Shown: positions 11,013 through 22,625 of the stretch, in pieces | How positions within the stretch are numbered: the stretch's first letter is position 1 | How the letters are laid out: every line of letters begins with the position of its first letter | Assembly (NCBI RefSeq): GCF_018977255.1 | Contig: NW_024704824.1 | Coordinates: 62,001 to 126,000 of the forward strand | DNA: 64,000 nucleotides | Direction: 5' to 3' | Source of the DNA: Callorhinchus milii | Lineage: Eukaryota | Program-made: the position numbers and the translations under genes | The notes under the pieces: model-generated | Database searches by the model: none | Told to the model about the DNA's origin: nothing | Seen by the model: only the letters and a program-made list of their open reading frames with translations

Positions 11013-13271
11013 ATTATTATATTGCATTCAGTATTTTTAAGCATTTTTTATCCTCAGTTACATCCACTTTTAATCTGAGCTGATCTGCTGTAACAGATCA
11101 GTTTGAACATAAGAAAAACATATGAACATAAGAATTGTTAGTCGAAAGAAGATTATGGTCTGTCCAGTTTGCCTTCCACCATCCTAGCAGTCACATGCAC
11201 ATGTCAGGTCTCACACTATACACTGTATCCCACAATATTATTTCCTAAAATACATCTTATTTGCTTTTGAAAGAATCAACAGGTTATGTTTCAACCATCT
11301 CCCGAGGGAGACTGTTCCATACGTTTGCTGTTCGCTCACTGAAATAGTATTTACGCAATTTTTTAAAATTTCAATTGCAGGCCATGTCCTGTGTTTAGCC
11401 GCCATTCTGTACATGTATTTTGCTTCCTACAGTTTCCCTCCCTGACAATCAGCACCACAGGGAAGGAATTTCGCTTGTGTCACTCTTTACTTTTTAATGC
11501 AGAATTTTACTGTGTTCAGAACTTGGCAAATTGTAAAATAGAGCTTGAAATTTAAACGACGTTTGTCATTAACTTTCTTGTATCAACTACAGCAAACTGG
11601 TGACAACAACAACAAATTACATTGGGAAAGCGTCTTTCGTACTGGGAGAACGTCCCAATGCATTGAATTAGGAGAGAGTTTGCAAAGATTTCAAAAACAT
11701 TTCTTTTTTTTAAATGTTCTGATATTTTTGAAATAATAATATTCTTCACATTTGATAGAGCGCTTTATCACTTTTTTCACACATTCACCCAGTAAGAATC
11801 ATGTTCTATGACGATCACGTAAAAATCTTTAATCTGTATAGGAAATTGTACATATAGATTATGATGTGTGTGTATGTGAGAGAGGGGTCGGTTGAGGAAA
11901 AATTTGGACAAGAGACAAAACTCTGTTTAGGGAACAGTTTGACTACAACTGTTCTTCAGGAAACCTTAATGGCTGGAATGTGTAAATCTCTTCCAGGAGG
12001 AGCAGACCTCTTAAACCTAAATCAGGTGCATTTCAGACGCTGGTTCGTTAGGCTTTGGAACTGTAACTGCTGGGGTTTAATAAGTTAAATTTGAAATCTT
12101 GCGATTGCACGCACTGTCTCGCAAGTTTCCTGTGACTTGACCAGTTAGAATTATCCTCTGTGTTAGTGCTTTGACCTGCAGGGTTAACAGGACTTAAATG
12201 GGATGAATCTCCAATGCCCACTGTGACTGCTTTGCCCACTGGTCCTACCAATCGGGCAGGCAGACAGGCTGGTTTGCCAACAGCAGGACCTGGATTCACA
12301 TTTTGTTGCCAACCGTTCCACCGACGAGTGAATTAATTTCCAATGAGAAACCCAGACCCCCAACACTCCCACACCCCCTTCCCACCACAACACACACACA
12401 CCGCCCCTGTTATCCATATGGATAGTCAAACTAAAGTACAAATCACAATTAATAACTTGGAGAAAAATATTAATTTAAATTAACCCTTTTACTGAAACCT
12501 GTTCCCCCAGGTCAAACAACACTTACAAGAAATCATTGACATTGGCACGTGATGATCTGAGGAAGAGTCAGTTCCTTATCTGCAGGAAACACCTGCACTT
12601 TCTGACACAAAATTAGAGCGATTTCCTCCTAATGTAAAACTGACCTGAAAGCCATCTGCTAGAAACTGGTTCAAAATGTTCCACCGAACAACACGGAGCG
12701 TCCTCCACACATGGCTTCTGTCTGTGGAACTAAAAAAAATTGTCAAATTAAAGTATCAGATGTTGTTCTGCAGAGGTTACAAAAACTGTTGATCGGCATT
12801 TGTAACTATTGGGGAATACTTCACACTACAACATTACTATTATCCGGCAACAAACCAATGACAAACACCAGATAAACATGTTACAGAGCTTAAAACTTCT
12901 TGGTTTCTTGGTTATTTCATGTTTCTGTAACTATAATCCCTCCACCCAAACTGTGTATCACAAAAATAAAACAAATATTCGAAACCTATTGCAGGTCAAT
13001 TAGCATCAGAGAGAATAACAATTTGCAGTTGTTATTATGGCCGCCTCATTACAATCTAACAGCAGTATGAGGAACACGTGTGATGGCAGAACAGAAACCT
13101 TTTTTTATTGAGTATAATTGATCTTTGGAAATGTATTTCAGAGACTGTTACTCTGAAACCAAAACTATTCAGGAAATAAAGCAGCTTTTGTGTCTAAGTG
13201 TTTATATAAAGTGTTTGGAAACAAGTAAATTGTTTGTATTGTGTCTGAGCGCTGAACTATGTGTATTAACT

Positions 13272-13715
13272 CGGCTCAGTTGGCAGCACTCTCGCCTGTC
13301 AGTCAGAAGGCCGTGGGTTCAAGCCCTGTGTCTGTGTGTGGAGCTCAGAACCTCTCGGCATTGCAGTGCAGGGGCTGAGCTGTATTGTAGGAGATTTGGT
13401 CGTCTGTTTCTGTGGATGTTATAGAACACATTCCTCTGTTTGGGAAAAAAAGGACATTTCTCAAATGGGGATTGTTGGCCAGGATACAGGGAGACACTCC
13501 CTTCTCGTGTCGAATAGTGCCCTGGGATCTTTAACATCGACCTGAACAGACAGACAAACCTCCGTTTAATGTCCCATCTGAAGGATTGCGTCCCTCACAA
13601 CGCAGCACAGCCCCGGCAGTGTTTTGTGGTATCAGCCGGGACTATATGAGTTTAAAATGCCGATGTGGGTCGTGTACACACAACCTTTGAATCAGAGGCA
13701 AAAGTGCTGCCATGT
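13272..13715. mobile_element. Two convergent DeuSINE/SacSINE1-like fragments (+ 13272-13425, - 13455-13715)
   Basis: GCAGCACTCTCGCCTGTCAGTCAGAAGGCCGTGGGTTCAAG head on plus; minus copy with head and GTTAAAGATCCCAGGGCACTATT...CCTGGCCAA core; family assignment from recall; paralog at about 43380-43825. Confidence 0.55.
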
Positions 13716-14381
13716 GAAACCGACTAATACACACTTCACGGCTGCTTGGCATCGGCTGCAAAACACAGGCACTAAACTCTGCTGTAAATCATGTGCAGTG
13801 ACGAAAATAATCTCCTGACATGAAAGGCGCTGTATAAAATGTAAAGCTTATTATATTCTCTGTGTATTACAGGTGTTGAAACAACATTTAATACCTACAC
13901 CGGTGAAACAACATCTGAGAGAACAATAATTGAGAGTGTCTATTATCCCCTCAATCAGAGAACCAAAGAAGTTTACAACATAGAAAAGGTAACTTGGTTT
14001 ATTCTGTGTCTGTTGCTTCTTTTAATTGCAAACCTTTGTGTACCGTTCACTCGCTCTGTTCATATACACCGATAGTTGACTCCAGTTCAGCTATGTTTCT
14101 GGTTCTTTTCAAAACTAATATGGATTTGTATCACAACACCTGAGCCAGTCAGCCCACTCCATATCCAAACCACTCTGTGCAATAATAAAAGAACATCGCC
14201 ATTATCTCGTTTGCTAACTATCTTAAATTAATATCCTTCAGTCACCCATTTACTGAACAGTAGCAATATATTCTCTATATCAGCTCTGTCAATAATTCAG
14301 ATAATTTCAAGCCCTCTATCAGGCCATTTCTCAGCCATTTTTAATTAGATTTCCACCATTAATGTGGAGTCATTGTGGAGT

Positions 14382-15255
14382 CCTGTGTCTCATTGTTTAG
14401 AGTACCAGTCTCACAAGCAGGAGACCTGGGTCCGATTACTGACAGAACAAAAAATGTGGGCAAGTTTCCTTGCTCCACACGTGAGATAATAATACCTGAA
14501 GAAAAATAAAAAACAATAACGGTCATTTCAATCCACGACTATTGTGGGACACTGTTGTGTGCTCTTCGCTGCCGAGTTTCGCCCACAAATATTCAATCAA
14601 TTCACTTTACAGTATATTTTGTGAAGCTCTTTAAGACGTTTACAAGGCCATTCACGGCCTTGCTCCCTCCTACCTCTCCAACCTACTATCCCCCTACCTA
14701 CCTGCCCGTACCCTCCGTTCCTCTGGCTCCGGTCTGCTCCACGTCCCCCGCCCCAATCGCCCTACCGTCGGTGGTCGGGCCTTCAGCCTCTCAGCCCCGA
14801 GGCTCTGGAACTCCATCCCCCAGTGCCTTCGCCTTGCTTCCTCCCTCTCCTCCTTCAAGGCCGGTCTCAAAACCTTTCTCTTTGACCGTGCCTTCAGCTC
14901 CCCTCTCGACTCTCTTCCTCCTCCTCGCTCCCTCCCTTCCCTCCCCTCACCCTGACCATTTCCCCCCTCCTCTCTCCCTCCCTTCCCTCCCCTCACCCTG
15001 ACCATTTCCCCCCTCCTTGCTCCCTCCCTTCCCCTCACCCTGACCATTTCCCCCCTCCTTGCTCCCTCCCTCCCCTCACCCTGACCATTTACCCCCTGCT
15101 CGGGTCATGACCCAACTGTGCAGCGCCTTGGGACGTCCTCCTGACGTGAAAGGCGCTTTATAAATGGAATCTTGTTGTTGTTGTTGTTGTTGTTGTTTAG
15201 AAAATGTGAAAAGCGCTATATCGAATGCAAGGATTATTATCATATTATTATTATT
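14382..15255 (+). mobile_element. SINE interrupted by an L2 3' fragment (about 14601-15197)
   Basis: Paralogous SINE at 44475-44810 is uninterrupted (GACGTTCACAAGATGTGAAAAGCGC); L2 piece ends in (TTG)n. Confidence 0.85.
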
Positions 15256-16659
15256 TCCAGATTTTCTCTTATTTTTGGTATCTTAATTTGGAAAATATCT
15301 TAATATTTGTTGTTTCTCTGTTTCACTCATCTAACAATGTAACCAATGTTATTTTACTAAAAATGTTTTCAAATATCGTGAAGCTGGTCTTGTTGTGGAA
15401 AAATTTAAATTGATTCTGCATTACTCCGCAATGTTAAGAGCTCTGAGACGCCCCCCTGCGTTGAGGGCGCTATATAACTGCAAGTTGTTATTGCTGCTGT
15501 TGTTGTTGCATCTCAATACAGACTTCCCAGGGCACCACGGCTCAAAGTGCAGTGACAATAAGTTACACACATCATCTGTCAGGGTGTGCTATCTGCGGAG
15601 TCTGTGCTCTGTGGGTAGTGAAGGCTTTGCTGTTGATCTGCAGATCAAAATCATGTTAGTGGAAGCGTTAGAGAGCGTCACCAGTCACAGTGATCACAAG
15701 CAAAGCTTCCTCTCATTGGCTGCAGCAAACGGCAGTGACATTTGAGAAGACAAATCCCATTTAAACAATCTGGAGCATCAATTGGCAATTATTCCATTGA
15801 TTAATACATATTTATTGAACACCGATATCTTTAGTTTAACCTTAATTGTCCACAGGAGCTTTGTACATTTTAAAACAAAATGGTTTCTCAGATTAAACGT
15901 ATCTGATCTCACAGATTGTTACGCGTCAGATCGATTGTCTCCTTGTAATTGTCCACTTGTTGTTTAGTTTAAAGGAAAGATGGGCCATTGGACAGACAGA
16001 TGGATAGACTTGATTCTACATCACTCCGCCACTGTTAACCCCTCTGAGACACTAACCTGCGTGTAGGGCGCTATATAAGTGTAAGTTGTTGTTATTGTAC
16101 TTTGAATACAGACTTCCTGGGTCACAAGGACTCAAAGTTCAGGTGGACAGACTGGATGGCTGGACAAGTTGGGTTGAAGAGGAAATGGGCAAACGGTTGG
16201 GTTCAGTTGTTTGTATGTTGTTATGGATCGATGGATCAGTGTCTGGGCGGACTGACAGATGAATGGATGGATGGCTGGACGGACGAACTTGAAATATCCA
16301 AATGCATAAATAACTATCATTGTTGGATTGCAGCCCTCGCTTGTCAATAGCTCATCTGGTCGGTGCCCAGAAGCAGCAAAGATTTCTCGTTAATATTCTC
16401 TTCAAAATTTATGAAATCCAAAGGCATTTGAAGCCGCTGCTCAAGAAACTCACAATTCACAATTGTGCCCAAAAATTAAAAGCACTGAAAGCGTTGAAGG
16501 TTCAACATTGGTCCTGCAGCGCCACTCAGCGCTTACATTAGAAAATGCACTCAAATTTGGTTGAAAGAGAGTGATTTCTTTAACTTGAATTAAATACTAA
16601 TGACAATGGAATTGTTTTATGTTCTATCAAAATTACAGATATTGTAGAAACATAAAAAT

Positions 16660-17300
16660 CATAGATTATTACAGCACACAAGCAGACCATTTGGCCCATC
16701 ATGTCTGTAAGGGCTCAATGGAAGAGCGATCCATTCAGTCCCACTCCCCCACTCACTCCCAATGCGAATTTTCCTTTTTTAAGTTTCTATCCAATTTGCG
16801 TTAGGAATTGCTTATTGAATCTGTTTCCACCACACTTTCAGGCTGTGTATTCCAGACAATAACAACTCTCTATGTAAAAACAATGTATTCTCATCTCCCC
16901 TCTGGTTGTTTTTCCAATTATCCTGAATGTATATCCTCTGGTTACCCATCCACCTGCCACAGGAAATAGTTTCTCCCTCTGTCATTTAGCAAAACCTCTC
17001 AGAATTTTGAACACCTCTATTAAATGGCCCCTTAACCTTCTCTGCTCCAGTGAGAACAATCCCAGTTGATCTCGTCTCACCACATAAGTCCCTCATCCAT
17101 GGTACCATTCCAGTAACTCTCCTCTGCTCCCTTTCCAAGACCTTGACATCCTTCCTAAAGTGTGTGGCCCAGAATTGGACACAATACTGCAGCTGAGGCC
17201 TAAACAGTGACATAAAGCTTTACCAGAACTTCCTTGCTTTGACCTCAATGCCTCTATTGATCAAGCCAAGTATCCCGTATGCTTTTTTTTAGCAGCTATA
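16660..17300 (-). mobile_element. Old CR1 3' fragment
   Basis: ORF 16986-17213 LFRPQLQYCVQFWATHFRKDVKVLEREQRR. Confidence 0.8.
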
Positions 17301-18699
17301 GCAACCTGTCCTTCCACCTTCACTGTGTCGCCCACATTTGGTGCACTCTGGGAACACACAGGGCAAAGGAACTCCAGAATATGAATTGGTTTACTGTTGG
17401 GATCAACAGGGAAATTGTTCAGCTGCCATTGAAACACTGTTGGTCAAGTCTCCCAATGCTTGGCCAACTTCTCGCTTCGTGTACTGCTTAGACCATCCTG
17501 AGCACATATGGGCTTCGGTTTCCATGATTAACAGAAGCTGATTGGGAATAATCGTTGCTCCCAAAGGATAGAACTAGACTGTCCAGAGCCTTCGGATGGC
17601 CTCCCGACTTGAAATACAATCTGCTGTTGTTGCGAGAAGCGAGACAGTAGGTCCTTGAATCTCCGCTTCTTTGCCCGTCTACTATTATTATTAACAATAA
17701 TATTTCCTGCATTTGATAACAGTTCCTGATCACATCATTGAAACAATGAAAACGCTTCACAGAATACAACGTAAACTCTAAACTGACTATATTTCTTGAC
17801 GCAACACGGCAGCCAATTGTTTACAGCAGTGACTGCAAACTGTCGTGGATTCAGTGACTTATTTTTTTAAAAAATTTTGAGGGGATTATTACCCCTGGAA
17901 AAGCCATCCACCAATCGACTAACAACCTGATTCCTACTCACTGCTGTTAATCAGAGCCGTGTGTGTGGAGTAACAGAACTTGCCCAACATTAGGGAGGGG
18001 AAGTGGGGAGGGAGATAGAGGGGGAAATAAGAGAAAGAGAGTGAGAAAGGCAGAGGGGGAGATGGAAGGAGAGAGAGAGGGGGAGGGAAGGAGGGAGAGA
18101 GGGAAGGTAAGGGAATGAGAGAAAAAGGGTCGTGAGTGAGAGGGAGGTGAAGCGAGAGAGTGTGAGTGAGGGAGAGAGAAGGTGAGGGGGAGGGAGGGCA
18201 AAATATGAGGGGATGTGGAGGGAGGAGAGGGAGAGGATGGAGAGACAGAGAAAGAGAGTGAGAGAAGGTGAGGGGGAGGAGGGGACGTGGAGGGAGGAGA
18301 GAGGGAGCTGACGCCTTCCTGACAGACTGCAGGAACAGCGCTCCGTCCAACCAACCGCTGCCCTGAGAGGACAGTGCCCGGGGAGTGAGGGAGGGAGGGA
18401 GCGGGAGAGAGAGAGCTGCAGGGAAAGGGAGAGGGAAAAAGCCGGAGGGGTGTGATGGAAAGAGAGGGAGAGGGGAAGAGGGGAAGAAAGGGTGGAGATA
18501 AGGGCGTGAGAGGGGGAGGATGGAGGAGAGAGTGAGTGTGGGAGAGGCTGAGGGGAAGGGGGGAGAGTGAGAGGAGAGAGAGGGGGCGGTGCGGCGCAGT
18601 GACGGTCAATGCCATAATAATATACAATAACACACAGTGTGTAGAATAGCGCAGATCACAGTAAACGATCACCAGTTATGGGGTCGGAATGAAGGCGGA

Positions 18700-19060
18700 C
18701 GTCGTCCCGTCGACACAATGGGCGGGAAAGTGCTGCGCGCGCGGAGCGGAGACCAACGGTCACCTCCCGAGACAGGAGCAGCGCGAGTGGCGGCGAGAGG
18801 TGCGCATGCGCGAGGGGTCAAACCAACCAATGGCGTGGCGGGGGCGGGAGGCGCGCGGGGAAAGTGACGGTTGGAGAAAGGGGGACGTGCGCAGGCGCGT
18901 GGGGGGGAGCTCGAGCGGGACCAGGGGTGAGGAGCCAGTACGCACGCGTGGCGGCACCCGGACCGCCCCCCAGAGGCTATAAAAGCGGGAGACGTGCAGC
19001 GTCATTCAGTGATGGTCAGCGCGAAAGGAGCGGTCAGTGATGGTCAGTGACAATGTACCG
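18700..19060 (+). promoter_or_regulatory. CpG-island promoter-like element (copy B)
   Basis: TGCGCATGCGC (18801-18811), CCAAT (18827-18831), GGGGCGGGA (18841-18849), TATAAAA (18978-18984). Confidence 0.5.
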
Positions 19061-19159
19061 CCACACACACTGAATAGCAATAGTGAGGCTGTCATTTACA
19101 CATTCACACACAGTCATAGTGAGGGGCACAACAACAGAGAGAGAGGGAGAGCGGGAAAG

Positions 19160-19340
19160 CTCAGCAGGTCAGGCAGCGGCTATGGAGAAAGGAAAGGGAG
19201 TCCGCGTTTGGGGTCCACGACCCTTCGGCAGAACTGGGCCATGTTGGGAGGGAGAGGCTCTGAAGGACAAGTTGAGAGGGGGCGGCAGGACAAGGAACAC
19301 AGAGAAGACAAGAAAGAAGGCAAAGCAGAGGATGTGTCAG
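19160..19340 (-). mobile_element. Penelope-like terminal relic with degenerate hammerhead core (copy B)
   Basis: Reverse complement reads CAGTT-CTGCCGA-AGGGTC-GTG-GACCC-CAAACGCGGACT; near-identical to 1965-2140. Confidence 0.5.
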
Positions 19341-19799
19341 TCCACGAGGCCGTGGTGTTTGGTCAACATTTAGCCAATGAATCTTTTACAACTGTAAAAT
19401 CACAAATGATTCCAATCTTTAGACATTTGCGGTATTTAAATGTATTTTTATGCGACAGCAGATGGAACGGGGATGTGACTGAATTCCCACATTTGCTCTC
19501 AGGTTAGTGAGCGCTTCCGGAGTTCCACAATCACTTTGGTTTCCCTTTTACTCCAGAGATACCGCCATCGAACAGCAGAGAGCAGCCACACGTTTCCTTT
19601 GGAAGAGGGAAATTGTCCCATTTTGTTCCATGAGCTGGTTGAGTTCCTCAGGTTCAATGTTGAGCCATTTTTTGCAAGGAAGTTTGTGTGGCTTTAGCTT
19701 TATGTCCATTATTTAGACACAAATGAGTGAGGATATAAAAAAGTAAAGGGCAATCACTTTGATTAGAATTGAAAGATGGTAACAGAGGGTAAGCTATTA

Positions 19800-21640
19800 G
19801 GGTAAGCAAAGTTACCAAACTTAAAGGCACTCCTTCCTGGTAAGCTATTACTGGGGGGTTGCTATAAAACACCAAGTCAGGCTGAATACCTCGATCTGGA
19901 ACTGTGGGATGAGATAACGAAGGCTACGTTTAAGGGACCAACTATATTTGGACGACCAAATCTCCAACATAAATATGGGAGAAGCATTAAACAACAAAGA
20001 TCACAATGCATTCACATTTGACATCACACGAATTTGTGAGGTTATAAAAACCGAAACAAAACTGCCAAATTTCAAGAGGACTGACTTTGTGCGCTTGAGA
20101 AGTGTAGTGGGAGTGGGCCTGGCAGGCTTCAATATGGCAATGGGTGTGGAGGACCTATGCAGTTTCTTCAAGGTGGGGAATATGAAGCCAACGGAACAAT
20201 GTGCAAAGCAAAGTTACCAAACTTAAAGGCACTCCTTCCTGGTTGGATTGTTCTGTGAAGAAAGAAACAAAGGCATTTGGTTCCATGAAGTAAAATGTCA
20301 CAAAATTAAATTGGACTCAATAACAGACGGCATCCACCACAGCAAACAAGGCATCAGAATGGCAAAGAAAAAAGCTTTGAATTGAACATGGCAAGAGATG
20401 TGAAGGATAATAACAAAATGTTTGTTAGTTACATGAAGAGTAAAAGAAAAACAAGCAATGGGTTAGAGCCACTGACGAAGTGTTCAGGAGAGAACATGAC
20501 AAATAATGCTGCACAGGCTTCAATAGTGCTAATTACGTTACTTTTGCATCACTCTTTACCAAGGAAGACAGGGGTGACCTGTCAGATCTGGAGGGAGAAC
20601 TAAAGGATGTCGGAGAGAAAAATTGCAACACTGTTGACATGACTCCCAACATGTGGCCAAACAGCAGCGTAAACTTTGGGTAAATTAACCTCAGGAGCCG
20701 GAAAAATTCCATCCAAGTATCTTTAAGGAACTAAGAGAGGATGTCGCAGAATCGCTGGTATAAAGCTTTGAAAAATGGTTGAATACTAGAAAGGTGCTGT
20801 AGGACTGGAGAAAGGCAGATGTTACTTCTATTTTTAATAACGGTAACAACAGTTACTAGTAAGTTTGATGTCCATTGTGGGTAACATTATAGAAATTCTG
20901 ACTATGGATAAAATCATGCAGCTTTTGGACAGAAATAAAACCGTAAATGATACCCAATGTTGGTTCATTCACGATAATTTCCCTTTGATTTGCTTATGAG
21001 AATGGGAGCTTACTCTGTGGGATGTTTGGGCTCCTGGTACCTAAGAAATTGAAATGGAAAGATGGTTATTATATTTGGATTCAAAGAATGTATAATGTAA
21101 AATTACGGAGACACTTATTAAGCATAAAATCATGAAGTACTTGGACAGAAACAACTTTAAAAGTGATAGCCAACATGGGTTCAGGAAGGGGAGCTTTAGT
21201 TAATCCAATATACTTGTCTTTGACGGTGTGACAAGTGAGATTGATAAGGGGATGGTGTATAATTGGATTTCAGTAAAGCCTTTGATACTGTTCCACGTGA
21301 GAGGCGGTACTGACAGTAAAGAAAGTGCGAATCGGTGGCAGTATATTGGAATGGACACATGACTGGTGATAGCAAGAACCTCGATGGCAGTGGTACAGAG
21401 TATGTCGTCAGTCGGGGAAAATGTTACAAGTTCATTTCCACAAGGATTTGTTTGGGACCTCATTTGTTTAATGTCTGTATAAATGATATGGAACCGGGAG
21501 TCACAAGCACAGTGGTAAAATTCTGCAGACGACACCAAAGTAATGAAGGTGGTGGATTGCGAAGCTGAACAGGAGAGATTACAGGTAATCCAGTCTGACA
21601 TGACATATGAAGTCAGCGTTGATAAAATTAATTGTTTCCT
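19800..21640 (+). mobile_element. Degenerate CR1 LINE ORF2
   Basis: EALNNKDHNAFTFDI, KLPNFKRTDFVRLR, LGPHLFNVCINDMEPGVTSTVVKF fragments. Confidence 0.82.
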
Positions 21641-22139
21641 CAATATTATTCAAAAATCACTAAGAAACGGCAAAGGACTAGAGAATGGAAGAAAGCAGCA
21701 AATGCAGGAAAATAAAATAATACCAAAGGCTACGCAGCTGATTGGAAAACAAGTAGATTTTACATAAGATAATATTTACGCATCTTATTTTATAAATTCA
21801 ACCAGTGACAGAGGGTATTAGCATCAATTAAACTAAGATAAAGCTGTGCGATTGCGTAATAATTGATGAGTAAATGTTTTGCTTCATTCTTTATTGTGAA
21901 AGGTTTAAAAATGATGTAAACGTTTCAAAGCAGAAAGAGGGGAGACACCAATTTAATGATGTTGTAGAACTATGGAAACTTACAGCACACAAAGAGGCCA
22001 TTCAGCCCATCGAGCCTGTACCAGCTCTTTGAAAGAGCAATTCAACTGGTCACACTGTCAGGCTCTGTCCCCATAGCTGTGCAGATTTTTCCTTTTCATG
22101 TCTGTATGTACAATTCCCTTTTGACAGCACAGCACATCG

Positions 22140-22625
22140 TCAGGATCTGGAAGGGCAGACCAGTCACTGGGGGAATGGAGTCATCTCATTGAGCAACTGT
22201 TTGACTACGCCAAATGGCGGCTCATTGGACTTCCCAACTCTTTCTTCCACAAGATGCAGATTATCCGGAATACTGAAACTTATTCTCTCCCGCTCCAGGC
22301 TCCGGGAACTTATCACACCCATTTTTACCGGCTTCACTGGATCCCCGTTCTTGGACAACCGAGTACAAAACCCAAGTTCTCACCTTCAAGGTTGTCCACG
22401 GTCTTGCTCCCCCCCCACCTCTCCAACATCATAACCCCATATCAGGCTGTAGCTCCCTCCGCTCGGCGGACACCAGTTTGCTTCAGGTCACCCCTTGTTC
22501 CTGCTTCACCATTGGTGACTGGCCATTCAGCATCTCTGCCCCACAGTCTGGAACTCTATCCTGCATTCCCTCTTTTCTCTCCTTCAAGACACGTCTGAAG
22601 ACCGTCCTCTTCGATCATGCCTCCG
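22140..22625 (+). mobile_element. Old L2 3' fragment
   Basis: HTHFYRLHWIPV, TIGDWPFSISAP, SFKTRLKTVLFD. Confidence 0.65.

Larger units (their letters stand above)
4219..17030 (+). repeat. Segmental duplication, direct paralog of about 35270-46445
   Basis: Colinear match including CH4, TM exons, shared SINEs and unique flank; ORF pairs such as 9648/39895, 12809/42919, 13125/43234, 15395/44950. Confidence 0.93.

Noticed and set aside
19037-19507. Conserved ORFs MEKGKGVRVWGPRPF... and MVSDNVPPH... after the TATA box
   Set aside because: Largely the antisense strand of the pyrimidine-rich Penelope-like relic; no recognisable protein similarity.
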